Shown piece after piece: positions 26,407 to 38,400 of a stretch of 64,000 nt of DNA (positions within the stretch are counted from its first letter, which is position 1; every line of letters starts with the position of its first letter). The stretch covers positions 11,656,001 through 11,720,000 of the forward strand of contig OZ176053.1 of the NCBI GenBank assembly GCA_964247055.1, given 5' to 3'. Source of the DNA: Paragordius varius. Lineage: Eukaryota > Animalia > Nematomorpha. The notes beneath the pieces were generated by a model, which worked only from the letters and a program-made list of their open reading frames with translations, was not told where the DNA came from and ran no database searches. The translations under genes and the position numbers were made by a program.

Positions 26407-27011
26407 AGAACAAAAAATCAAGCCCGCTATTCCTGAATGTTGTGGAAAGCCAGAGTTTTGAATCCGGCAATGCAAATCAAACAATTATTTATAATTTTTT
26501 ATTAGTTTTACATTTCTTACTTATGACCGAGTGTATTTTACCTATAAATAAATTAATATTGATTCTTATTTAAAGTTTTAAATAACTATATTAATAATTG
26601 AGGCATGCGTGATTTATTAACCAATGATAAGCCAGTGAGTATTATTGCCTTTATAGCATTCACTTGTTAAATGTTATAATTTACTTCTAAAAGAAAAAAA
26701 TATATAAATATATCCAAACAAACTTTAAGCAGTTATGGTTGTATTAAGTTTCACCGATTTTAGCACTTCATCACCTTTATTTTTTGTGCAAACGAGTAAT
26801 TTTGGGTAAGTGTTGAATCTTTGATAAAGCTGTAAATAACCTACTGTTTCAAATGTTGTTTGGTTAACACGACTCATTAAACATTATATAGGAGCTAAAC
26901 TTTTTTATTAGGATAAAATAAAATATTTTTATCGCATGGTATTTTTTTTACAATGTATTTGTGACACCATTAAAAAAGTCATATGTCTCAACCCTAGGGT
27001 ATATTTAACAT

Positions 27012-28187
27012 ATGGAATTTGATTTGTTTGTTTGCGAAGATCGCCGTGGATTAAATATTAGTTCTGAATGTGTAAAACTGCAAAAAGATACAAATAATTT
27101 GATTGGAATTAGCATTGGAGGAGGGGCACCATTTTGTCCTTGCCTCTATATTGTCCAACTCTTTGACAATTCTAATGCCGCAGCTTGTGGAACTCTTATG
27201 TCTGGTGATGAAATTATCGCTGTTAATAAGCAATGTGTCAAAGGCATGTCTAAAGTAGAAGTTGCTAAACTAATACAATCCCTATCTGGCGAAGTTATAC
27301 TTAATTTTAATAAATTGCACGCCGATCCTAAGCAAGGTAAATCTTTGGATATCATTATGAAAAAGTTAAAACACAACATAGTAGAAAAAATGAGCTCATC
27401 CACAGCCGATGCACTTGGAATTAGTAGAGCCATTTTATGTAACGATATTTTGATTGCGAAAATGGAACAACTTCATTTATGTGAGCTTATATACAAAAAT
27501 ATTATTGAATACTTCATCAAAATTTATAAATCATTATTTTGCTGGTCCCAAAGTTTTAAGGAGCTGTCCGATATTTTTTATCGCATTGCTCAGAAAGAGA
27601 GTCAATTCAGCGCGGCTCAAGCTTTCAATGACATGGCAAAAGTTCATAGGAATATGTATAACTACGGGATCGATGTTTTGAAGAAAGGAAAAATTTTGGT
27701 TGGTGATTTGCGTACCTTTTCTAAAAAAGTTATCCCTGACACAAAATTAACAGTAAAAAAATATGCTGATGCTAAATTCGAATACCTCTCGTATTGTTTA
27801 AAGATCAAAGAAATGGATGATGAAGAATATACTTTTGCCGCTTTAAATGAACCATTGTACCGCGTAGAAACGGGCAATTATGAATATCGATTGATCCTTA
27901 GATGTAGACAAGAATCACGCTTGAGATTCTCCAAAATTCGTGGAGATGTTATGGAAAAAATTGAATTGTTAGAGCAAAAGTATTTACAGGATGTCGTTAA
28001 GCATTTAAGAACTTATTTTAAAGAACTACAAAACTACCATGAAAAATGTTTTTATGAAATGAAAAATCTATCCATATTCCCAATCGAAGTTGACATATCC
28101 ACTTCGATTGATGAAACTGTCGTTTCAAACAATACATTCCCAACTGAAGAAAATTTACCAAATGACAACATAATTAATTTAAATTAG
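27012..28187 (+). CDS. PICK1: PICK1 (PDZ + BAR/arfaptin-homology domain), intronless
   Basis: 391-aa ORF with NLIGISIGGGAPFCPCLYIVQ, DPKQGKSLDI, ADALGISRAILCND, KFEYLSYCLK, LYRVETGNYEYRLILRCRQ. Confidence 0.97.
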   Translation: MEFDLFVCEDRRGLNISSECVKLQKDTNNLIGISIGGGAPFCPCLYIVQLFDNSNAAACGTLMSGDEIIAVNKQCVKGMSKVEVAKLIQSLSGEVILNFNKLHADPKQGKSLDIIMKKLKHNIVEKMSSSTADALGISRAILCNDILIAKMEQLHLCELIYKNIIEYFIKIYKSLFCWSQSFKELSDIFYRIAQKESQFSAAQAFNDMAKVHRNMYNYGIDVLKKGKILVGDLRTFSKKVIPDTKLTVKKYADAKFEYLSYCLKIKEMDDEEYTFAALNEPLYRVETGNYEYRLILRCRQESRLRFSKIRGDVMEKIELLEQKYLQDVVKHLRTYFKELQNYHEKCFYEMKNLSIFPIEVDISTSIDETVVSNNTFPTEENLPNDNIINLN

Positions 28188-28606
28188 TATTATTTATTAT
28201 TTCGTGCAATTCCTAAACTAAATAATGTCCTAAAGTGTAATATTTTCGTTAAATTTTTTTATTTACCATTAATTTATTTCTTAAATCGTTTTGATTATAA
28301 AGTCCAAATTGAACACTAGTTATATTTCTAAAAGTGTAAACAATAAATAGTATATATTATTTATATTACGGATATACATTGGTATTACGATTTATTTTAA
28401 TTCCGCGGTCTCAAATCGTTTTCGAGTTAAAAAATTTCTCAATGCATTTTAGATTAAAATTACATGGAAGGTTTCTATCTTTTCTGCAATATACCGAAAA
28501 GTGTATTAAACAGAATATTATATCAAAGACTTTTTCTGTATAATTCGATGCCTGGGGAATTATATTGCACAATAAATATTTAATGTATTTCGAAATTTTA
28601 TATTAG

Positions 28607-29158
28607 ACTAGCGTGAATTTGGTGCTGCTGCGCAGCCCGAGGAAGTCCTTCGGACTTCCGGGAGGGGGGGTTGCTATTCGAAAAAAGGGACAATAAAATG
28701 ATCCACATATGTGGATAATTTCGAACCATTATTTAATAGCTATGATCTTATAGGAATTTCAAAACGGTGCATTCATGCTAATATATTGTTTAGCGAAAAA
28801 TATAAAAAATTTTGTGGACTTAATTTTTTTGAAAAAAATGGCATTTTACGGGGGGAGCGGGTTTAAAGATGGCTTAAATTAAGAAAGCGAGCCGACTATG
28901 TTCGGCGCAATCGATAATAAGTAAACAAAAATCATATTTAAAATTAAATGGTCCGACACGATTTTTGTGGACTTAGTTTGCAAAAAAACCCTTTTTTTAC
29001 ACGGGGTGGGCCCGAACTGGGGGCCTAATTCGAAAAAAGGGCGAAGCATTTGTCGGGGCATTCATTAATGATTATATTTTTTCGACATTTGGATTTGAAT
29101 GGGTTTACCGGAAACAGATCACAAAGCCAGCATTTTCCATTTTTATATATATATAGAT
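28607..29158. mobile_element. Helitron/Helentron-type non-autonomous element (HINE-like)
   Basis: Begins ACTAGC with GC-rich palindromes/hairpins (gctgcgcagc; ggaagtcc-ttc-ggacttcc; 16-bp atccacatatgtggat) and ends ...ttttatatatatatagat. The 3' ~330 bp recur inverted at ~55053-55397 and ~59998-60338. The repeat is certain; the Helitron class is inferred from the terminal layout. Confidence 0.5.
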
Positions 29159-29666
29159 TTCATGCAACTTCAGCATTTTAGCATCAATTTTAAGTGAAGG
29201 AGGGAATTGTAACAAATTCCAAAAATTAAAATTGTAAGGGCCAATATAGAAATTTTTTTGAAAATAAAGCAAAATAATTAATTTTTGGTTGATTGCCTAG
29301 TTTTTTTCCCACGCTCTGAATTTTACATTGTCATGTCAACTTTTCAACACTCACAATCTTGGGCCAAAATAATAGCATATACATTTTTACGGAAAACATT
29401 ATAAAGACCAAAAACTATATTACCCGAACATGGTAAACATGACTGTATAATTCATTATATGTATTGGCATTATTTGGGTAAACATTGTTTTATAAATATG
29501 AATTAATGTGCTCGGATTGGCGATTTCGATTTTGCCAATTATCAAACTATTGCAATATTTTTAGTTTATAATAGTTCCAAAAAATAACACTTATCTTTAT
29601 TTTATTATCTACGAAAGCTTTTAAATTTTTATCCATAATTCCCTATTTTGTGTCATTGCGTTATTA

Positions 29667-30753
29667 CATAACCAAGGATTGGAACTGGCTCATCGATATA
29701 GATCGGACGGTGTGGTTATATTCGGAAGGAAATGTCAGGAACTTAGTGATCTCCAGAAAGCTATCCAAGCAGCCCCACCGATGAAACTTGCGACAGATGG
29801 AGGCGAAGAGAAAAAGGGACCCTGATCCAATCCCCACAAATGTAAAGAGGATCAAAGTTAGTGGGCCAGTTAAGTGCCAAGAAACATGCCAAGTAGTATT
29901 CTCTAATAATAAAAAGTTAAAAGACGCGTCTCTCTCTATCATAAATCAAACACCTCCCAAAGTCTAAACCCCCTTGCATGCAACATCATGGGCTGTGCAA
30001 AGGGGTTTAAAACTAAGGGCTGGCTTACCCGCCACGAAAGGTGTGCCATGGAATCGTAACGACAGTCAGGCATCTTGCCTCAAGTAAATCCTTTCTTACA
30101 GAAGTCGATCACTATCTCACTCCCAAAAACGGCATTATGGAAACTCCAATTTCTTGAAGATGACAAATACTGTTGTCCTGTTACAAATTGCATCAGACAA
30201 TTTGGCACCTACAAGGGATTGGAAAACCATGGTTACCGATTTCACCAAACCTCCATCAGAGCTATCAAAGGGGGGGTGCATAGCGTAGGAGACTGTATGA
30301 AATTATTATCATTTATCATTACCATTATTTTTGTGTGAGTGTGACAAATTAAAATATCTTTAAGGCAAATCGGGGGGAAGAGTTGTCATCGAAGGACCGA
30401 AAAGTAATTATCGATATGAACGGGTAACTGTCACAACCCCAGATATCCATATTGTGTTCTTAGTTTCCTAAGAAATAAAGATCTCCACACACTCTGCCAA
30501 GAGAGTATGAAAAAGCCTTAGAAGGATCTTCATAGATATGGCAATCTATGGACTTGGCACACAGCCGAAGAAAGCAGGATGTGATTATATATGTGCACAA
30601 CCTATCACGCCGAGTACGGTGGCCAGACCGTATAGGCAAATAGCTAGTACAGCTCTATGGCCTTGCAAACCATTTATCTTGGGCAATCAACTCTCCGTGT
30701 CTTCTGCAAGAACGGTAAGGTTACGAAGATCACACCGCATTCTTATGTATCCT
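29667..30753 (+). mobile_element. 1.09-kb GC-richer insertion flanked by a 31-bp direct repeat, with two decayed zinc fingers
   Basis: taattccctattttgtgtcattgcgttatta at 29636-29666 and 30754-30784. Same-frame fingers CNIMGCAKGFKTKGWLTRHERC (from 29979) and CPVTNCIRQFGTYKGLENHGYRFH (30174-30245), separated by a stop. Confidence 0.7.
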
Positions 30754-32459
30754 TAATTCCCTATTTTGTGTCATTGCGTTATTAATATTATTGGTGTAAA
30801 TATTTAATTTTCGGCTCAAGTCATTTTGATTGTTTTCATTGTTGTTGAGCTTAGCTGAAGGCATGTGACAGGTGATTAGATTCCCATGTAGATATTTTTT
30901 AATTTCCTTTGTGTTTTTAAATATTTTTGGTATTCCTGGACCACATGTAAGAAACTAGAAATATTGATCGACATATTGATCGACTTACATGTATGATGTG
31001 TGATTTATCATCTTTGTAGTAAATAGAATTATTTATATTTAATATCGAATTCCTGTCTTTTCTCAACACTCTAAATGGTTAAAATATATGAAAACATGCT
31101 AAAATTTAAATCCTTTTACCCAATTAATTAATACAGCCAAGTGATCCAAAGTATCTCTCATTACTGTATTTTTCTAGTTCTGATTTTTTTACTCTATAGT
31201 TATTATCAAATTTATCTGAAGAATAATGTCTTTTAACCCTATTTTATAACATAAAATATATGATCTAGAAGAATTGTCTGTTTTTTATATTTGATAGTTT
31301 TATGCAATATATGGGACAAAGATTCATTTTATCGGCTAAACAGTTTTTTTATTGGCAAGTAAAGAAAAAATTTTATCTTAAGTTTGTAAATATATTCGTT
31401 TTTACTTATGTAATTGTGGATAAAAAATTTTTTGACTGTCGATCAAATTAGAAATAGGAAAAGACGCATTTAAAAACGGGTTGCACTAAACCAATTTTTA
31501 AACCATATATTAAGGATATGCGTGTTTCTAAAAAGTATATTTGTCTCCGGTATAAATGAGAACACCCGGGTTTTTATTCCTCGGACTGATCCTAAGACCC
31601 TTTTTTCTAAAAAGGGGTTATATATTTATAAATTTAAAATTTGATTGAAATAGACATAGCAGAAAATGTGAGATCAATTTTTTTTGGGAATAGCTATTGT
31701 AAATTAAAAAACCGTAATAAATGAATTTTTAAAACAAATTAGGATGTTTGATATTTTATTACCCCTTCATTTAAATTATTTATTATGTTTTAGCCAATTT
31801 AACAAGGTTATATTAATACGTTTCCCCTGAATTTTACATTCGTAAGGTAATAATTTTGTAATCAAAGGATGTTTTTTAAGCTAATGAAATATAATAAATG
31901 AAGGAGCATTAATATAAGTAATTTTAACTTCATCATATTGGCATTATAGAAATAGAACAGTAATTAATTGCGTTTGCGATGATAGTTTAGTTCCTTATTA
32001 CTGATTTTTTTGATAACATTTTAATTTAATTCTCCGAATTTTTATATTGATCAATCATTAATAGTGTTCAGGTATACCTGATCTTAATTTGATTTCCGGT
32101 TATTTTGGATGCTCATTACCTTTACGAATAACAATAATAGAATAATTTTACAATTAATATTACCTTTGTAACGAAACAAAACAAAATAATTTTGTTTGTT
32201 TGCATATCAAATTTTTTTTGACTTACTCATTGAGTATAACATATAACATACTATACTACTAAAATTTCTTATAAAGCGCCTGCTGATATTGCACATTTCG
32301 TCAAAAACATCAATACATCGTTTCATGTTGAATAGACCCTTGCTAAAAACAAGGTACAAATTCTTGGAAACTTCGTGTTTAATACATAAAAAGGTAGTTA
32401 TATCATTGATAATATATCATTTAATTTTTTTTATACGTACTTTTAAATTTTTTTGGCCA

Positions 32460-35400
32460 ATGTTCTTTAAAAAAAATTTATTCGATCTTCTATTACTTAG
32501 CATTATTATCAATGCTGGAGTATTCGTTTACTGCGGTATATAATAATATATATATATATATATTATTATATATATAAGCTATGACTATTTTAATCGGTGT
32601 AAAAACTATTGTCAGGAAAAAAACTCAGTCACATTGAATCAATACATCTAAGCAACAATATGCCACAAAAAACCCTAATAAAAAAAATTATAAAATAATC
32701 ATCATTCGTAAATTGTACATACCATAAACAAAAACGATATATATCGTTTTTCACTGTGCCAAATTAAGGGTCATGTAGAAGCAAAAAATTTTTTACATTT
32801 TAAATATGGCCCTAACAATTATACAAAAAAAGATTTTTTATAAAGTTAGCATTATTCTCATAATGACTGAAAAATATCAATATTAATTTTTTTACAATAA
32901 AACGGATCATGTTTAAAAGTATTTATTGACTCGGAAATAGACTTAGATGGGATTAACTCAATTCTAAGATAATGCAAAGTAATGATTATAGCCTATAAAT
33001 ATTTTATTCATGCAGTGCATAATTTGGTTAAATTTCCTAAAAGTTTTTCACCTTTCAAACTTTCTTTTTTGGCTGTTTTGATAAAAATATCTACTTTTTT
33101 AAGAATACGAGATCTTTTGTTTTTCCTGTATTACCAGTGCCATATAAATACTCCTTTAAACCAGGAGTAAGTAAAGGCCTGCAAACAAACTTAATAAATC
33201 GAATTTTTGAAGCAAAAATTTTTTAAATACATATATAAAAAGTCCCGCAAATCATTTGTACGACCCAATAAATACGTTGTAAAAAAAAATTTATTAAAAA
33301 ATTTCTATAAACTAATAAAAAAGCGATATATATAGCTTCATTTAACTTTCTATTTACTGGATATAAATATTTTACATTGTTTTAAAAGCTAACTAATATA
33401 TTTTTAAAAAGTATCCGATCAAAAAATCGACATGGATTTATAATCCGATTAAATAATATTTAAAGCAGAACTTAATTTATATATATATATATATATATAT
33501 AATATATCCAATTAATAAAGATCTGAAATGTCCGAAAGGAGAGGTTCCCGAATATTACCATGAAATAGTATCATATTTATTATATTTTATATCAAATTTA
33601 AAAAGATTTATTTAAAGTTTAAATTTGAATTAATTTGGTTCAAATGAATGTCAATTCATCGGCAAATATGTTATACATTAAATAACCTATTGTTTTAGAG
33701 AGATGCATCTTCAGTGGATCCAGAAAACCTGTATAATTTTGAAGAGGTAAAAATTATTTTAATTATTAATAATTAATATAGAATCTTAAGCTTTTAACAT
33801 GTAAAAATTATTTGATTTTGCTAAAGACTATCACATCTGTCAGTTCCACCAATTTTAAATACATATGGCGTTTAATTAAAAAATATCTGAGGCAGATATT
33901 ATTAACGACGAATTCCATTTAACATTACATTTAGCGCTTTAATACAAATTATTTAAACACGTCCTTATTTTCAAATTGGGGTAGTTTACAACCTTAGGCC
34001 CTTTTAAAACCGATTGAAAAATTTCAAAAGTTAGCACTTAACATAGATGTACCAAAATATAAAAAAAGTATCCGAAAAAAAATAAAGATTCAGACAATTA
34101 TTTTATAGCTCTCTAAAACCCAAACCTTTAAAATGAAGTCATAAGTCAAAAAAATATAAAGATTTATATTATTCAAAACCAAATTATTTTAAACTTCTTA
34201 TTATGTATTTTGCAAAATTTTGTAATATAAGATTTATTAACCTTAAAAATTTTATAAATTAATTACTGTAATAAAAAAAATAATATATTTGAGATGAAAA
34301 CTATTGGAATATTATTGTGTTATTAATATTTTACATATAAAGTGTAATATTATATTAACACTTTACAATTTAGAGAAACAGGCAATCTTAGATCCACTTT
34401 AAATTTATATTAAAACTGCTAAAAGTTAAAGTCCCAATTAATCTTATATGATATTATAAATTATATTAGGTCCAAGTATCCAATTATAATTTATTGTGGA
34501 TAAAAACTCTATATAAAACTAGTTTGACGCCATTTTTATTTTAATTTTGGCATGATATCGTGTTTTTTAAAATCTAAGACCAATATTACTAGTGATCTAT
34601 AAAAATAATAATTATTAATAACGACATAAAAAATATTTGTTTTTGATTAAATGCACGCATGTCATGTTGTCTACATTTTGTCTTATCCATATGGAATTGA
34701 TTCGGCTGGATAAATTTTTATGTAATTTCAATTGAAATGGTTTAAATGATATGAATTTTTTTATCGGGCTGGTGTTGTGTTAACTACATCAATTAGTATC
34801 AAGGACTGTAATTAAATATATGACTCTTTTGCTGGATAAATAATTTTTTATGTTCAAATCATTAATTTTACAACCAATTTGGCTAATAATTTACTTTCAT
34901 TACGGATTTAAGAGTTTTAAATTCCGTTTAAAATTGTATAGAGTTTTACATCAATAATTTATTTTTTTTAAACGCTTTATGTTTAACAACCCACCAAGAA
35001 AAATTAAATAATTAGGCAACTATTAAATTATATATTTGTGTTGTGTATTAACATATGTTAAAATTTATTAAAATTATTATCAAAATATTAGATGTTTACT
35101 TATCCAAATTGTAAGACCGTTATATTAACACATGCCCCAGCTATTATGAGTGTGCATCGTGTTAGATCCAAAAATTTTCCTATTGTAACAGATGATGTAG
35201 ATAATGATATTCTAACTCGTTGGAAGAAATATAATGGTTAGTTGATAATTCCCATCGTATATTTATATGTAATTTTATCAAAAAAACGTATAAAATAATA
35301 TATATAGTTAAAAAATGACATATTATTCGGGGGGCCTTTTAAGCAAAAAAATGAGACCGTAAAAAAAACTTACAACTTAATATAAATCCAATTATTGGTA

Positions 35401-38400
35401 ATTATTCTGTTATGAGACAATTCAAATTTAAAATTTGATATATATTAAAAATGTAACTTGCAAATGATTTAAAAGCTATTGGAAATTTTTAAAGATTATT
35501 GATCATTTTTTTGTAAGCCGGTTGCACTAAAAAAAAGATTCGCCTTTTTGAGACCATTAAAAAATGTATTTTTATTTTATGACAGGGAAAGTCTATGCAA
35601 ATTTCAACTCATTATGTTATTCAAGCGATATTGGTGAACGAAAAATATATAGATCTAGGGATAAATCATTCAAGTATACATTTTTGGTTATATTATTAAC
35701 ACAATTCACACGAAAATAACCTAATGAAAAATATATTGTGATTATAGCGGTGTTTTGGTTTTGGGCCATATGAGCCAAATAGAATAAATTATATTTATGT
35801 GTTTTGCTCCTTATTTAATTGCAAAATTTGATTACATTATGCTAATTTTTTGATAAAAGTTTAATGCCTCATTCCAAAGAAAATTTAAAATACCATATCA
35901 ACCAAACCAAAACTATTAAAAAAATTTTAAAGTGTAAGGTTTGAAAGTGTCAAATTTTTCCCCTCTAAGTCATGAAACAAAAGCAAACGCCAAAATTGAG
36001 CGATAACAATAAATTTATATGCACCAAAACATAAAAAAATAATTATTAGAAATGTATTTATTTCCAGCAATTGACTCGTATTTTATGTAGTATGGAGACG
36101 ATAAAAACACGACAAAACATATTCCTTAATATAATTTGATGTTGCTGAATATTTATATAAGTAGATTTTTGCCGAAAATATAAATCAAATGACGAACAAA
36201 TATTTTAGACCGAAATCTGAGATTATTGTAACGTTTAGCATTATTGAATAATTGTAATTTTGTATAGAGTTTTAAACCACTTTCAACACACCACCAAATA
36301 AACATCAATAAAATTTTAAATTAATGTTATGCCTCAAATGCACCTTCAAAAATATGTTTATTCATGCCATCTAGCATATAAAAGTTATTACATACCATTA
36401 TAGCATATTACAGTCATATATCCTTTATTTTATCAAAAATTTATTTTCTTTCGTTAAATCGGTATAAATATTTGTTGAAGAATGGAAAAAACAATAGCTC
36501 TATGGTATTACCAATATCACATCAAAAAAGTATAAAAACTACCATAGAGCTCTTGTTTGTTCCATTCTTTACCAATATTAACACCAAAACCAAAAAAAAA
36601 AATTATGATAAATTAAAGGATACATGACTGTAAAAGTGCACATCTGTGAAAAGAATTATATAAAAATATGGTGATATTAAAAAATTATACATTACAACAT
36701 TTACCTTTTTTAACATTACACTTGTTGTATTTTAAACCCGTTAACTATTATTTTTTACTATGTATCGTTAACTATTATTTTTTACTATGTATATATTCTT
36801 ATCAATTCAAAAGATTTATAATAAAATTGTTTTTTTGCAATATGTTGTTAAAAAATGAACCCTAAAAAGATGAAGTAGCCTAAAACACATTTTTTAAAAC
36901 TACGTGGTTTGGATATATTTTAACATGTTAACATCATCATTAGGTTAATATTAATTTTAAAACTTTTGCATATCACAAGATTTATTCCTGAAACATAATT
37001 GACAGTAAACCTTAAAATTAAATTACTATAAGATTCTTCCTTATATATTTTTATTTCAGAATATATATTTCATCGGGATATTTTATTAATAGATTGTGTG
37101 TTCCTATTTTATATTTATTTGGTTTTTCTTTACACATTTTTAGAAATTTGTTTCTTTTTCGTGAGAATGATATTATATATTCGAGTGATTGGAAAGATGA
37201 GTGGGATGTAAAGATTAATGAAAACGTTTATAACTATACGCTCAAACAAGAATATTACCAAAAACTACCATCAAAATTAGGTGATATATACTCCGAGTTC
37301 AATGTAAGTATCACACCATATTATCATGAGATAGTCAATTTATTAATTATTGCAACTCTAGTTTCATATAATAAAGAGTGTCCTTTAACACTCTAAGGTG
37401 GTCCTTAAACATTTCAAGTTAATCCTTGAACATTTCAAGGTTAATTTTGATTTAACCATAATTTTTGCATTTATTTTATTATTTTATTATTTATAAACCT
37501 AATTTTCTTTACTTATTATATATTTTTTCATTTAAAAATAAAATTTCTTCAAAAACCACTTTTCTGTTTCAATTTTCTAATTTAACAAAATTATAAACTT
37601 TTAAATGAATCAAAAATTGATAATAAACCAGAAACTTATATATATTTTTAATTACGTATTAAAATGTTATACATATCCAAAATAATTTTAAGAAATTAAT
37701 AAAGATATACGGTTTCTCAATTATAAAAAGTTGTAGTGATTTAAAATTTATGTTAAATAATAGAAAATAGGTTAAAAACGATAAATATATGAAAGATATA
37801 CGATTTGATTGAAAGTTAAAAGCGAAACAAAAAAACAAAGGACCATCTCGAAAGGTTCAAGGACAAACTTATAGTGTTCAATGACACTCTTGAGTGCAAA
37901 TAGTATAAAACTAAAACTTTGTTGTTAACGCTTTTTTGAAATGAAACAATTTCTGGATATATATTGAAATAAGCTATTGATAAATAATACCTTATGAAAC
38001 ATAAAATTGGATATTGTAGCATGGTAATTTAAAATTAAGTATGTCTTTAAATGTAAATATCATTTTTAAATTTTCCATTAAAAGATGGGAAAATTTTGGC
38101 CTCTAATATTAATAATGTTATTTACACTACAAAACCCTAGAACAATTTAAATTCACCCTTCATCAATTCAAATTTACCCTCAAAATACAAATCCCCAAAA
38201 TAAATTTGTTATTAATATTGTAAACTATCTATATTTTTTATGTTTTTAAAAAAATGTAATTAACACTTGAATACAACACATTCATTTTAGTCCTTCGATT
38301 CAAATTGGGGTAGTTAAATACCCCAGGCCTGTTTAAAATTAAATTCTTTTAAAAATATGGAAGGAATCGAAACCATGGCAAAATTTTGCACTTATATAAC

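Noticed and set aside
30837-30900. ttgttgttgagctt matching the RTE 3' tail at 22832-22845
   Set aside because: Only 14 bp match and no RT remnant follows.
33827-34480. Possible GC-donor exons linking 33827 to 35092
   Set aside because: Several equally weak options; cannot be resolved without transcripts.
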